A DNA stretch of 64,000 nt from assembly GCA_012295275.1 (NCBI GenBank), contig CM022677.1:23126001-23190000 (forward strand), in the 5' to 3' direction. Under the pieces are notes generated by a model. The model did not search any database. It had not been told where the DNA came from and saw only the letters and a list, made by a program, of their open reading frames with translations. The stretch comes from Chrysomallon squamiferum. Taxonomy: Eukaryota > Animalia > Mollusca. Below are positions 1 to 15,508 of the stretch, one piece after another (the stretch's first letter is position 1; each line of letters starts with the position of its first letter). The position numbers were made by a program, and so were the translations under genes.

Positions 1-54
1 TAAAGATGTTGCAAAAAAATGTCATGAATTAGTAACCACAGAATTGTTATAATT

Positions 55-503
55 TTAAGCATTTGAAATGAAAACATGAAATGGGCCTTCAGTATGATTT
101 ACAGGAATAAACTGAACACATACAGAGAGAGAGACAGAAGCACAGAAAATGAAACTGAATATAACCACAAAACAATAATCATAAAGATTTAATATTAATC
201 AATTTATATTACTAACCAAGTTAAATTATTATAATAAAGCATAGATTAATCAGATACTAGAAGTAATTTACAGTAATGAATTAACCTTTAAAGATAATTC
301 TTAAATAAATAAATATTATTTCTTTTGATACTCACTATGGATTCTAAAAAGAAGGAAATGTATGAGGAATAAAAATCATTTTGCAAACATTCTGAAAAAA
401 ACATCAGTATTAGATTAGTATTAGATATATTGATTATTACATGGACATTATTTTACCTGAATCAGCAGCAAGTTTTATTTTAGATTTTGTTCCCACTGGA
501 AAG

Positions 504-534
<31 letters not shown>

Positions 535-1999
535 TAAAAAAAAAAAAATGTCATGAAAATGTAGTGGTATTTTTTCAAATTTAAAGTCTGAGATATTAGC
601 AAAGCACAAATAAAAACAAAGTCTAGTTTAGAATTACAAGTTAGTTCATGTTAATGATGGTTTTATCTTAGATATATGTCACAAATAAAAGAAAATTGCT
701 TAATTAGATTATATCTGTAAGGTTAATTAGTATAAAAAGAAGCCCATTTATAAATAATGAAAGATACTTACAATTTTCAGCATCAATATCTAACTGCCGT
801 ATAAACCTACTCCACAAAACACTGCGGGCAAAAAAGTAATTGGTGTAAACAAGCACAGCTTTTAGATTTTTTATTTGTTTCTTAATTATGCAAGGTCCAA
901 CATGTAACTTCAGCTCATTAAATAACTCATCTTCAAACTTGAATGTTAGTGTAATCACGTCAGATCGAATATCTTTTATCAAGTGTTCCCTACTCATTTT
1001 TTCGTAGTTAAATCTATTACAGTTCTGTTTTTCATCCACAATGGAAACTTTTTTTTTTTCTCGTGGAAATACATCATCCACATATGGAACATTCAAATCA
1101 AGTGCCAAATTTAATTTTCTTGCAGCACATAAAATCTTCAGAGTATTTTTGAATTTACTTTTTGCCATCAATCTAAATTTTGAAAAGCACACCTTCAGTT
1201 TCCTACGATCAGGAGCAGAAAGGATTATGTCACTTGATACACGTGTATCTACCAAAACAATTAAAAGAAAATATGATTCACCTATTTACATTAAACATTA
1301 CTATTTGGTAAACTCAATGTAATTATAAAATGATACACTTACCAATTTCACAGTTTTCTCCTGCATAAAAATTTTCACATATACATATTCCAGAATGTAA
1401 ACACTGGCCATGAATTCCACAACTCTCTTTAGTACAGTTTTGTATTAAATTAATTCCTGTCAAAAAAAATAGTTTATTATTAAAAATTAATTAAAGAACA
1501 GATCACATATTTAAATTCAAGTTTGAATATATAATTTGTTTGAATTAAAACATCTTTGAAATGAATAGAATAACAGGATATATGCATTCAAAATAGATAC
1601 ATGTTGCTTACAAAGAAAAAAGAAAAAACATTTATTACTGTCCAAAAAAAAATAGTTTATTATTAAAAATTAATTAAAGAACTGATCACATATTTAAATT
1701 CAAGTTTGAATATATAATTTGTTTGAATTAAAACATCTTTGAAATGAATAGAATAACAGGATATATGCATTTAAAAATAAATATATGTTGCTTACAAAGA
1801 AAAAATAAAAAACAAATATTTTCTGTAAATGTGTAAAAGTACAAACATTCCTACCATATCTCTTTCTTAAACTCTGAAGGCCTGAAATAAAAAAATAAAA
1901 ATGTATTTCACAGAAAAATTTGAAGAACACTGATTAAAAGTCTTCAGGGCATTGGATCAATGCTTATTTTGCACTACAAAGACAGAGAGACAGACACAC

Positions 2000-2044
<45 letters not shown>

Positions 2045-2909
2045 ACACAAACACACAGCTGTAAGAAAATCTGTTTTTCATTCTTCAGAGTGACAGTTAT
2101 AATTTAAAAGCATAAATCTTTACATTTATAACATAATGAGTATTGCTTAATAATAAAAAAATAAAAAAACAAGATACATAAAACATCAAAAAAACAGTAA
2201 TGGTTATTCTTACGTTTTGCTATTGCCGCTTCTCTTATTAAGTCATCTGCTGATCCTGATTCCCATCCTGCCATAATATCCTTTCTTTGTTCTTAAAATT
2301 AATAAATGTCAAGTAGGTGCATGCATATGAATATGAGAGGAGAGAGAGAGAGAGGAATGGACAGAAAGATCGAGAGAAATGCATGAAGCTACTACCTTGT
2401 ATTGCTCTCCAAAATCAAAATAAAACAGATTTATAATTAATTAATTACCTGACAAATTATGAGTTTTGAAATCTGTTAGTTAAAAAATCATTTAACTTTT
2501 CAATATTACTTTTATAACATCTGGAAAATAAAATGGCTAAATAAATTCTTTACTTTACAACTGACTGCTTCTGTCTACAGTGAATAAGCAAACTGATAAA
2601 TCTTTCATAATAACGATATGAGTTAGAAGAAGAAAGATAAATAGTAACCACAATGGATTTGTATTTCTGTTACTCTTTGTTATCAAGCTAGTTTCAAAAA
2701 TTAAATAAATAAATCAAATTAGTCTAAGTCAGTGTGTGTATGTATCTATATAAAATATATATTTCTTAATCGTGCTGAAATAAAATAGGTAACAATTATT
2801 TTACCTTCAATATAGAAATCAGATTCAGAAGTTAAAGTTGCAGTCGTGGAACCTTTCAAAAAACAATTAAAAAAATAAAATCAATATTTTTACAAACCTT
2901 TATAGATCA

Positions 2910-2954
<45 letters not shown>

Positions 2955-4908
2955 TATATATACACATACACACTATGTAAATGAAGATAAAAGCTTTATG
3001 CAAGTATGCCATCAAAAAAAAAAAAAAAAAAAATCTTTTTAAATTAATATCAGAATTATTTGTACAAACCAGCACAGTTTCAAAGTACTATTAATTTATT
3101 ACAAAAACAAATATGGACTAAGGTTCTGATGCATGTGTTTAAATGCATATTTATTTTCATTAATACCATTCTTGTTTTGGTTCTATCAAAATAATATCTG
3201 CACAAAGATCAAACAGATATAGAATTATCTTTCATTTTTTTTTTCTTTTTTTTTTTTCAAAATAATTATTTCATCTAAAAAGATGGTTCAGCTATTTAAA
3301 AGATGTTTCACATGTTATTATGATTATAGCAAACTGCAATAATTCAAATATAAATTAATTTCCTTACCTCTTGAACATTCCTCGTCTGTACACAGCACTC
3401 TGACTTTTTTCACTCGTGCACCAAGACAAATAATAATTTCCTCAGAACCTAAGTTTCTGCAGTATCGAAAGGCCCAGATATCTTTTGCACACTCAGAAGT
3501 ACAGTTTGTAGAAAACAATCCTCGCCATGACCCCCACTCTCCAGACACTGGTCACATAAACATAAACAATTAGCAAGGTTTTCTTTTGTGTTTTCTGTAT
3601 TTTTTGTTTATATGTGTATGTAAGATATATCTGAGAAAATGTAAGTTTATTATCAAGTAAAACAGCCTTGAAATGTCACAGATAGAGGTTACTAATATTC
3701 CTGAGTTTCTTATTCATGGTCCCATTTGCTGTTATTTTCAACCTTCTTTTTATTTTATTTATTTGTGTGTATGTTTTGTATTAGTGGTTTCTTACTAAGA
3801 ATGCCTAGGAATGCCTAAATTTAAAATATACCTTATAGAAAGTCATAATAAAAATGCAAATCATAACAGAATGTTGAAAACGAAATGTTTAAATGACTAT
3901 CAAAAATTTATCCTTACCTTTTTTAATTTCTTTTATTAAAAAAGAAAATAAGAGAAAGGTGGTTATCTTTTATTTTATTATTTTTTTTTTTTTGTAAAAG
4001 TCAACGCACTATTACTTTACAATGGTTATTTATGAAAATAAAACCAAAATGAATTTAAATCTATTTTTAACTGTTATTAATTATCGGAATGTTATACAAC
4101 TGGATTTTATCAGAGAATTACATTAATGCTGATGTAGATTACTTGGATAAATAGCACAGAAATGTTTGTGAATTACCATTAATTAATAAAAATTTAATTT
4201 AATTTTGCATAAAACATTAAACAATATTATAGTAAATAAACACATTGTACTTAGATTTTAGTTAATATGTTAAACAAGATTAAGCCACGGTTCTTTTTAT
4301 ACTTACTTTCATTACAAAAATTTCCAGTGCATGGAATTTTAATATGGTAGGAGAAAACTCCTGTGCATGGTAAACCTCCCTTGGAAGGATATGGCTTGGT
4401 ACACAATTTTGTTTTCTGTATCTCTTTTGCACATGATGTATGGCAAACATCAGTATTTCTGTTTTTCCATGAAGACCAACCACCATCCACTAAAATAAGA
4501 TATCTAAGTTCTTATTTTTATTAATAGTAGATTTGGTTTACTAATATAATGCAAAGTACAAAATATCTTACATATAATCTTATTCTGGCTGAAAAGAGAC
4601 CACTACAGAAATTTAGACATTAATGTTTTTTAAAAACATGGCTCACAATGTATTTAAATACTGACTCTATGAATATTCTTTAATATATTAGACTAATATA
4701 TTATTTATCCAAACAGTTTACTTCATTATACAGTGCCAACAACCAAACGTTTATACATTATAAAATGTATAGAATTAATGGCAGTATGTAACAGAAATAT
4801 TCTTGATTCTTAATGATAATATATTCTGAGAATACCTCCATTTGTTGATTTCCATCTGAACTTTTTCAGCTCTGAAAAAGGAAAACAGTGAAAAGAAAGA
4901 TTTGTAAG

Positions 4909-4982
<74 letters not shown>

Positions 4983-7773
4983 TTACAAATTCTGGACACC
5001 TACATTGTATTATCACAGTAATTATCTGATACATAAATCATTTGGTATGAATTTCTTTTAAATATGAGAACCCCAGAAAAGGGTTTTGGAAATTATATTT
5101 GTCAAAATCTGTCATTTTACTTGATGATTCTACAATACTAATTAATATGAAACAAATTAAGTTAAGTATACCTTCTGTGTCAGTGGACCGTCCCACTAAA
5201 CCAGGATTCACATTATCTGACAAAGGGAAAAAAAAAGTAAGTTGACATGAAAAGATGATAAATTAAATAATAAGGCTTAATAGGAACAAATAAGCAAAAA
5301 AACAAAGAAGAAAGATTACATCTTTTTTCTGTTTTGGGGGTTTTATCTCAAATTTTCATAATAATTTATTAAGTACCAGAGAAGTACATTAAATGAAATA
5401 TATTTAATCAGAATTCAAGAAATTCATTGTTTAAATACTTACCTTCAGTAACATTATAATTGTTTGCTGGTGCTATCAAAAATAAAATGGCCAAAATAGT
5501 TATATGTATTTAAAAAATATTTTAGTTATATGTATTTAAAAAATGTATTTCTATAAGTCTTAATATGTTTTCATTTAAAATTAATTTGATAAACATCAAG
5601 TGAAAGAGAACTGTCTGTTGTTGCTACATTGTGCACGGTAAGGACCAAAAATATAATGAGAAATGAAAAATCATTACCATGAAATGGCTATTCCTTTTCT
5701 TAAATTGCTAACAGCAGAATAACTTATTTTTGGTTCTCTCTTGAACTACCATAACTTAATAATTAAATAAATTATTTTAAAAAATAAAAATGAAAACATT
5801 AGTGAAAAAAAGCAGACACATAATGCAATACAACTGGTCATTTCACCAGTAAAATTTCTCATAGTTAACCTCACCTTTCTTACACTTATCACCCAAACAC
5901 AGCTTTCTGACATGTCTGAACTTCTCTCCAAGACAGATAAGTAGCCATTCAGCTACTGGATGTCTACAGTATCTAAACTGCAAAACCTCTTTAACACAAG
6001 CAGTGCTACATTCGCCTGAATGCATCACATTCCATGATCCCCAATCTCCAAAACCTAAAATTACACAGAATAATTGAAATAGCTGCACTGAATTGCAATC
6101 TTAAATAAAATAACTATTTTAAATGGTTATTTGTATATAATTATCTTTAGATAAGTATTTTTTAGCAATGTAAAATGAAAACAAATAAACTTTTAATGAT
6201 GTGTTCATTTATCACAATTTGATAAGAACTCTATAATTAATTATATTTATTATTTTGAAAAAAGAAAACAGTTATATTAAAGAATTTGATAATTTACATA
6301 CCTTTGCGATTTGCTTTAAAAGATAAACAAAAACTGACATTATATAAATTGTCTCCTTTATTCATTATAACACCACACACACACACACAACAAAACCACC
6401 ATAATCACTAATGGACATATAAACATATATACTTGGTTTATTTTGTAGCTCTGTAAACTATTACTCCTAACATGCAAATCACTTAAAATATATACCAGAA
6501 CATCACTAAAAATAATAACTAATGTTATTCTTACCTGCAACACAAAGGTTTCCTGTGCATCTGTGTTTGAGATAGTAGGTAAATATTCCAATACAAGGCT
6601 TGTTATCACTAGAAGTATTAAGGCAATATCTACTTTTTACAATATGCTTTGTACAAGATCTCTGACAGATACTTTTAACATGAATACTCCAGCTTGACCA
6701 ACCACCAGATGCTGTAATAAAATTATACACTTCATTTATTACATGTTTAATATTCTCTTGTTGTTCAAGAGTGTTCTGTTATCTCAAACATGCTCATTTT
6801 GTTTATACATTTAATATTTAAGGCTATATTAGTATATAAAGATAGAGAAATTGTGTAAAAACTAACTCTCATGTTAATAAACCAAATCTGATAACAGTCA
6901 AAATATTCTTGTTTTTTTTTATTTAATTCGGAAACTAATTGTTTTTGCTAATTTGATAAATGGTATTTTATGATATTTTATGTTTCATTTGTTTAAAACA
7001 AAAAGATTTGTTCAATTTACAAGTTAGAACCTACCTTTTTCCTAAATGTTAATCTAAATAATAAAACTAATCTAATAATTACTCATTCATTAAATTCACA
7101 CACACACTCCCACAGACACACACACACACATATATATATATATACATATATATAAACCACTCACCCAGTTCATTTTTTTTCATTTCAGTCTTTGCTAAGT
7201 CTGTTTTGAAACAAAAATATATTAATAAAAATAATGATACAGTATAATCAGGTATGTCTATTTGCTTTCATTTCACTACAAACTGTAAATAAGAAAAAAA
7301 ACCACACTAATTTAATTCAAGGGAAACAAAAACACAATGGAATTCAATACATCTCCCCACACCATAATTCTAATTCACATGATAATTCACATGATAATCA
7401 GAACATTTATTTTCACATTGAATATTAATTTACACTTTCATAACTGATTATCAAATTGCTATTTTTCCAATTTTAGTCATTATCCTTCCTCTTGAGATTA
7501 TTTTATTTTCTTAAAATAATATTCTTAATCTTACCTTCAGTGCATTTGCTTGGACTACAAATCTGATTAAAATGTTTTAATTTTTTTCCAAGACAAACAA
7601 TTAAACCCTTTGATCCTGAATGTCTACAAAACCTGACCTGCACAATTTCTCTAACACAATCTTCATTACAATGACCCTCAAATATATCTTGCCAAGAATT
7701 CCATGAATCAACAACTGAAAAATAACAATTTATAAATCCATTCATATAAATTCTTTCTCTCATTCACATGTAT

Positions 7774-7827
<54 letters not shown>

Positions 7828-8122
7828 GACCTGTTTGCTGCTTTAAACCTGCATTTCGGCCTCTGAGTAAGAGTTCAATTACCTGTTTTACAGTTTTGTC
7901 TTTTGCAAGGCTCTATAAGAAAATAGGTAAAAACACCAATACATGAATGTCCAAACTGAGGATCTGGATGTTTACAGAGTCTGTTCTTTGTAATCCGTTT
8001 TGTACATGAATTCTGACAGACACTGGTATCATGAATGCTCCAGGTTGACCATCCATCACAATTCACTGTAACAAAAAAATTAAATTCCATAAAGTGTTCC
8101 TGTCATTTTGTGTGTGTGTTTG

Positions 8123-8164
<42 letters not shown>

Positions 8165-8716
8165 ACATGTCTGTATGCGTGAGTGTATGGGATGATATAT
8201 ATATATATATACATAGTTCATTCAATTTAACCCTTTTAGCACATCTATATTATTTCATAACAAATGATTTACATAATGATAATGAATGTATTGTTAAGAA
8301 ACTTTCCACTATTTTAAAGGTCTCCATTCTGAATAAATAATAATTGTGCTTATTTAAACATAGATATTTTCTTATGAATATATGTTGATGTAGAAATACA
8401 CATAAATGAAAGTAATTATTCACTGATATAGCAAGATAACAGGTGATATTTGTGTATTCTCATAATAATTTATTTTGATATTTAATCCTTATCACAGATT
8501 TGCTATGAAATAAAATAACAATGTGGAAGCATAAAAAGTATTTTCAAATTAAAATATATATTTGATTGCAACAATTAATTTTTCTCCGTGTCTGATTTTT
8601 TAGTACCTTATTATATTTTGTTTACACTTAAAATACAAAACAGAAAAATTATTCAGCTTATACCAACCACTTATCAGATATCCAAGGACAATGGCAATCC
8701 AAAAAATAATTTTCAT
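55..8716 (-). CDS. Secreted protein with 6 thrombospondin type-1 repeats, 1 EGF-like domain and an unknown C-terminal region (~724 aa, 19 coding exons)
   Basis: Exons (minus): 8668-8716 (MKIIFWIAIVLGYLIS, signal-like), 7883-8065, 7535-7714, 7165-7200, 6535-6711, 5875-6054, 5443-5472, 5172-5216, 4836-4871, 4307-4489, 3368-3547, 2805-2852, 2214-2291, 1855-1881, 1343-1456 (EGF: CTKESCGIHGQCLHSGICICENFYAGENC), 772-1248, 457-495, 336-391, 55-111 (..VFISNA*). All are GT-AG flanked, phases join, total 2175 nt. TSP1 exons show WxxW..C...C..R/KxC...CxG..C. Microexons are less certain. Confidence 0.8.
1457..1803. repeat. ~180-bp direct duplication of the intron end next to the EGF exon acceptor
   Basis: ctgtc(c)aaaaaaaatagtttattattaaaaattaattaaagaac...gcttacaaagaaaaa starts at ~1457 and again at ~1638. 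Confidence 0.9.
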
Positions 8717-9034
8717 ACTGGCATTTCAGACAGTATAATATCTAAATTATAAGTGAATAAAGTATTTACAAATATATTTGCAGTTTTATGAAAACATATT
8801 TTGATACACAACAAATACTTAAGCTTCATTAAATTAATTTCCTGCTTAAAAGTATATGTATGTGTATTTGTGTTAGTATGTGTGTGTTTTGTTTGAGCAA
8901 GTATATGTATGCACTGAGGTTGTTTTATTTCTACCATGAAAACCTTATACAGATCACAATAAGTATATAAATAAATATGGAAAATTTAAAAAAGATAGTT
9001 TTCTAACAAAATTATAAATTTAGGTCTGTGCATG

Positions 9035-9074
<40 letters not shown>

Positions 9075-9099
9075 AAAGTATCTGAATAGTTTATTTAAA

Positions 9100-10417
9100 A
9101 CAAAAAAAAATACAATTTCGACACCTTTCTTGCACGACCCGAGCAACGATGGTCACTTCATCATTATCATCACGGCATATCTCTATGGGAAAGATTGTAA
9201 AAGAACAGTAAATATAAATTAAAAGGTAACTTAATTTTACTGATTTAAATGTTAATACTGATAAATGAGATAAATAAATATTAGAAGTAAAAAAGATCTT
9301 GTACACAAAAAGCTAAAATTCATAACTTGAGAATAATCAAGAAGTTTCGTAATTTCACAAGCTGAATTGCAAATTAAGTCATTAAATGATTTCATAAATA
9401 CAGAAAGTTTTAGAAAATAAAATAACTGAAATGAAGTTGAAAAACAGCTTAATTTCTTTATACAGATGAATAAAATAATAATAATACAATATCGGTTCCG
9501 ATTTACAAGTGTCATTTTTGTTTGCATCCACTGTCGGCTGCTTCCTTTCTATTTACCAATTTGATAATTTCCGCATGTTCGTGCGCACTGAAAACAAAGT
9601 TCATCTTAAACAATTTAAATGTATGTTTCTTTAAATACTTTCCGCTGACATTATTATTTGTTGTATAAACCCAGAAGAAATTGTTTCACATTTATATTTA
9701 ATATTTATTAATTTTTTTATAGAAATAAAAGCAATAAATAAACGCAGGCCTATTTCTGCTTAAACGAGAAAAACAATGTAACTAATTATGGAAAATAAAT
9801 TATGTAAATTACTACCGTACATTTTAAATAAAATTACGCGTTGTTATTTCTGTATAAAGTCAAATACTGACGATACAAACAATTTATTTTAAATCTAAAT
9901 CTCTATTGCGATAAAAACGATATCAACTAAATTAATTCGTTTATGTCTACAGTTACTGCAGCGGCGTGCAGGGGTCTGGTGATTCCCGGAGCCAAGCCCC
10001 AAAGACTCAAGTATAAGGCCTGGTATTGAAATATTATGAGAAAGGAAAATAGTTTGAATATGTAAACATAGATGAAACATAAAATAAACACTTTATTCGA
10101 TTTAAATATAAATTAACCAAATGAATTAAGTTTTTTTCTCTTATTGGATGTTGCCCATGTGGATGCCCGGGGCCACGCCCCTTCGCCAACTCAGCGATTA
10201 AGTGTTTTTGCCTCATTTCAAAAAGACTTTTATTACGGCCATGGATAGTAACTTTCGAAGAAAAAAAAAAAAAAAAAAAAGGGAAAAATTAAGATCATAA
10301 TAATTACAATATTTATCGATATCTATGTTTATTGACCCTAAACTGTTTTACCTGCATACATAAGACCACACACATACACACACGTCTATCTACCAGAAAG
10401 CGAATGTGTGTTTATGC

Positions 10418-10502
<85 letters not shown>

Positions 10503-10948
10503 ATTTAATAGCTGGGACGACTGGCTCGATGTTTATAATTAATTAGATAGGTATGTTTTTAACAAAAATTCGTAATTTTTATTATTATTTTGTTTCTGTT
10601 GTTGTTGTTGTTGTTGTTGTTTTTTTTTTTTTTTTTTTTTTTTTTTAGTTCCTTAATCACAACTTCGACAGCTCTCATTACGTCCGTTGATATATTATGC
10701 CCCTTCATAAATAAATACTCAATCAGCGAGCGGAGCTGGGTGAAAATGGGCTAGGGGTCTGGGGGCCGCCTACTGCCCATTAACTCTGACTTGAAAGTGG
10801 ATATCGTTTCTGTTGGAACAGAGGTTTATATTTTATATTTTTAGAATAAAATCTTTGCATAAAAAAGAAGAAGAAGATATTGTCAATAAATAAAAAAATC
10901 AATGTAGTTATTCTTGATTATTATTATTATTATACTAAACAATATTAA

Positions 10949-10995
<47 letters not shown>

Positions 10996-11418
10996 AAGCA
11001 GAGGCGCCACTAATCCGCCCTGAATCCGGCTGTCGATACTTTGATCGTTTTGAGGTTTGACACCACATGCACGGTCCTAAAATAGTCACAGAAGTGACAG
11101 AATCGTCGAGTGATTTGTTTCATCTGCGAGAGAGAACGGAACTTAAGTTCCGGCGATAGTAAGAGGACTAAAGAAATTAGTATCACGTGACATAAATCTT
11201 GACCTCTGCGCTGACAATTAAAAACCTGTTGGTACACGACAAACGTACGAACGTTTTCATAACACTGGGCTCTTGGAATATCGCTAGAAATAGAATGGTC
11301 ATGTGACACGTTGTGACCTCTGGATTGACTGACAAATGTGACTGGCTGATATTGTCAGTTTTGTGACCGTTGATTGAACATTTTTCATTAAACGTTGAGG
11401 GCGGTTTCATTTCATGCC
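9100..11418. promoter_or_regulatory. CpG-retaining intergenic/promoter region between the divergently transcribed TSP1 and FN3 genes
   Basis: The genes are head-to-head (ATG at 8716 minus, ATG at 11419 plus). CpG is common here and scarce in the gene bodies. E-box-like TCACGTGAC at ~11183 and GTCATGTGAC at ~11299. Confidence 0.5.
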
Positions 11419-12818
11419 ATGTCACTTTGTGTCGTTAACGGTTTGTTCTTGTTATTAGCTGCGTGTGTGACTGTTTGGCACAGAACTGGTAAGCAATCGA
11501 CAATTTGCCATTAATATTTTTGTATGCATTATCTTTGCATATATGAGCATGAGAGCACCTTTTAAACGCTCGTTTTAAAGGCACGTATATGCACATTTAT
11601 ATAAAGATAAATTAACAGCATAGCCGTCAATAGGGATTTTAAAATAGAAAATTTCGTATTTTTAATTTATTTCAGCATTTCACAGCGGTTCTGTTTTGTA
11701 TTGATTTCTCTTCGTTTTTCTTTTCTGTACGAATACTTTATTTATCAGCTTGCTTAATTCTTACTATTTCTGTTTATTTTTCTGTTTTTCTTCAGTTCCT
11801 TTTTTCTTCTTTTTTTTAAATTTTCGAATTTATTTTTCGCAATCATACGTAAATACAAAAAAAATATAAAACGTCATAAAGTGACAGTAGATTATCAGTT
11901 CGAGTTAATAATTAATTTTGTTGTTGTTATTATAACATGTTTATTTATGCTGCGTATATCGCGAAAATATATATATTTTTTTTTTTGTTATTGTTTATTT
12001 ATTCTTCCATTTTATTCACATTATTATTTCTTTCCTGTCACTTTAACTAACTCTATATAGGTCTTTCGTTCGCAGAATGTGCCACGCTAATCTCTCCAAT
12101 CATTTTGAAAGCCGACGTTAAGTCGAGTACGGAAATAGAACTTGAATGGCAGGATTTACTTCGAAAGCCAAAGCGAAAATTTCGAGATAGGAAGTTTTAC
12201 ACGGTGAAATACTATAAAACAGAAAATCAGGACATACCGCTGTTCAAACGCACGAAACGTCTAAGTATCAAGCTAAAAGGATTGTTGCCTGATACCAATT
12301 ACTCGATTGCAGTCAAGACTACCAAAGGAAAAAGAGAAAGTGACTGGAGTGATGTCGTAGTTACGAAGACGTCCCCACCAGGTAAAAAAAAAAAGAGAAA
12401 AGGAGCCGTAACCGGCGTTTTCTCTAGATTTTCGCATGGTCACTGCAGTAATAATGGTTTGACAGAGAAAGGAAGAATTAGGCAGAAAATCAGCGTTAAG
12501 AATGTATTAATTTTACTGACATTTACAATAATCCATATTTTATACATTATAAAAAATGCTATGTAAAAGCGCATGGGTGTATTGGGTAATGAGTAATTGG
12601 CATAAAACACGTACGTTTCTTGGGTTTCTCAAATTTCGCCATTCAGGTTAAATTTTAGACCTGACCTTGGATAAATGAATAAATGAAATTTTAGTTTAAT
12701 TACACCTTCAACACATTACTACTACTACTACTACTACTACTATGAAAAATTATGAAATTTTAGTTTAATTTGTACACCTTCAACACATTACTACTTGTAC
12801 TACTACTACTACTACTAC

Positions 12819-12856
<38 letters not shown>

Positions 12857-13392
12857 CTGCTGTTAATTTGTTAATTATAAAAATGATAATATATTATTGA
12901 TCAAATTTAAAAAATGATAATATAAGTGGTCAAATTTCTGTCACTATTCAACTGACTGCTCTTATACATAATTCTGGGAGCAATTTGCTTGTTGTTGATA
13001 TTGTCATTGTTTCTGCTGTTGCTATCAGTGGTGTTCTAGTTTTAGTTGTGGTAGAAGGAATAGTATGAGCAGTTATAGTAGTAGTTGTACTATAATGATA
13101 TTCATTGTATTTTTCCCCTAATTTATTATCATGCGTTTCTCATAATCTTTATAAAAACTGCATCTTCAGCTTACATTAGTTTCTCTCAGAAGGCCTTAAA
13201 GTATCTGACCATTTTCCTTCCCAACCTCAATAACGTTAATGCAGGTCTATCCGTAGTTCATAATTTTCGATCACTGGACAAAATCTTCGCTGAATATTTT
13301 TCAGTAATAAATAAATAAATAAATAGAATTATCCCTGGTTCTTTTGTTAACACGGAAGTTTTTGTAGGTGTTTTCTGACCGGCCTTTTTAAC

Positions 13393-13434
<42 letters not shown>

Positions 13435-15464
13435 TCAAGATTATATTACTTTATGTTGCATGGACCCACAGGAACGATAACTCGTAACGGCACAAATTAC
13501 GTCACCAGAAAAAATGCCACCAGAATTTCGCCGATTTAATGGGTACAAACTACACCTGAATGTCCTTTTCTGTTGGGTTCTGACACGAGGAACTTTGCAA
13601 CTAGAAACGTTAATACATTAATCTTGTAACAAATTATAATTTTAATTTATTATGCACGAATTTGCATAAAAATAAACCAGTTTGAAAAGTTTGATTAAGT
13701 TGAAAAAGTAGTTAGGAAAGGCGCTGGACATATAAACAACCATCCTTACCTTTATCAGAGTAAGTAATAAAAGGTTCAGGAAACAGACCTAAAATAATTG
13801 AAATTGATGTTTAAAAACCGATCACACGGTTTCCGAGGGCTCACGGAAATGTCCGATTGAAATCCAAGATGGCAGCGTTGAAAGCCGATCAGTGTTTGCA
13901 CACTTTTAAACATGTAATCCTTCATAATGCAATAAATTCTACATGGATTATTAAAAGTAATTTGGGGAAATATGTCATATAATCAATAACTCTTATACAC
14001 AGACGTCTGTTACTGCGTAGCAATTGCTGCAAACGTCGAATATTTTTTTTTTTTTTTTTACTTGATGTCTTTGACGTCATACATTGAGGTGCCCGTTTCG
14101 TACTATATTTTTTTTCAGATGTTATTACGACGTCGTCAACCAAAATAATAATAATAATAATAGTTCACAGACACTGGCGCGTGAATATGAAGGTGACTAT
14201 TATCATCAGCTAACATAATGTGGACAGTTCTGATGTTCGTAGTTGTAAAACGATACTTGAAACCATTATTATTATAATTTTTTATTTTAATATTTATGTC
14301 CATTTTCAGTGCATTAGAGGTGGTATTTAGATGTAAAAAGCAAACTGATCACGTGTTATTTGAATGATTGATACATTCATTATAATGCTTGATGCCAGTA
14401 AACAGAAAATTTAAGAAAAAAAAATAAAATGTATAAAGGTTTGTCAGCCGGCCGTATAAAAAATAAAGTTTGTTAAAAATTTCTTTTTCACCCTTTTTCG
14501 TAAAATAAAATGCATTCACCCACTGAAACGTCTATTATAACGTATTTCAAAAAATGAGTTTCCTTTTATAATTTTAAAAATCATTCGTACATAAAGTTTA
14601 TGGTCTTACCCGCCGTAATTAATTAACAATATAACGCGGCATAACATAACTATAAATACTTAAAATAGTGACAAGCATTTTTAGGCACTGTGACAAAACG
14701 CAATGAAATTAGTCAAAAAATTTAATTTATCATGAATATAACTCCATTCCTGAAACTGTTTATAATCATACTGTCACGTTCGCGATGCAGATTTTGTTTT
14801 ATATACCGTACGCGATCCCCTTGAAAGTAAATGTATTTCTCTTCACTGCGAACACGTTTTTAACATAATTCGTTAAGTACAGAAGGAAAATACCTCTTCA
14901 CTGTGTACAGTATTTGACATAATTTTGTCTTTTACGTAAGGCAAATATCTTTGCTGCGCGCAGTATTTGGCATCTGTCACTAAACAAGGAAAATATTTTT
15001 TCACTGCATACATTGCTTGACATAATTTGTCATGTACGCAACAAATATCATTAACTGGGTAAATATATCTGATATTTAATTATTTTGACGTTCAGCCAAG
15101 GCAAAATTAATATTTTTCAGTGCGTGAGGCAACCATGCAGGCAAGATGTTGTTTTGCTCCAGTCGACTCCGCGAGCCGGTGTCACTTGGTTTACTTTACT
15201 ATGTAAAATTTAACGACGGATTAAAGAAAATATCAAACCGTTCACAAAATGTCACTGTGTGAAAAGAGATAACGATAGAATAAATTATTCCCGGTCAGTG
15301 ATCAATATTTTAATTTTATTTTCAATAATTGTCAGAAACCCATAAAAATCTTTAAAACCAAGTCTGTAATGAGGTCATTGTTATGTAAACTAAGTACAGA
15401 AATGATAACTGCTTTTATTAGTAACTGACTTTATTATTATTATTATCATATTTTTTTTTTATGA

Positions 15465-15508
<44 letters not shown>

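Noticed and set aside
2553-2690. Hydrophobic stretch (NPLWLLFIFLLL) as a transmembrane exon of the TSP1 gene
   Set aside because: No acceptor gives this frame in phase 1 without a stop, and the flanking exons join without it.
7035-7053. Extra microexon in the TSP1 gene
   Set aside because: Candidate acceptors give a stop codon or the wrong phase.
9955-10800. GC-rich patches (9960-10020, 10145-10195, 10722-10790) as an RNA gene or intact transposon
   Set aside because: I found no tRNA cloverleaf, terminal inverted repeats or transposase. Probably repeat remnants, but I cannot support a call.
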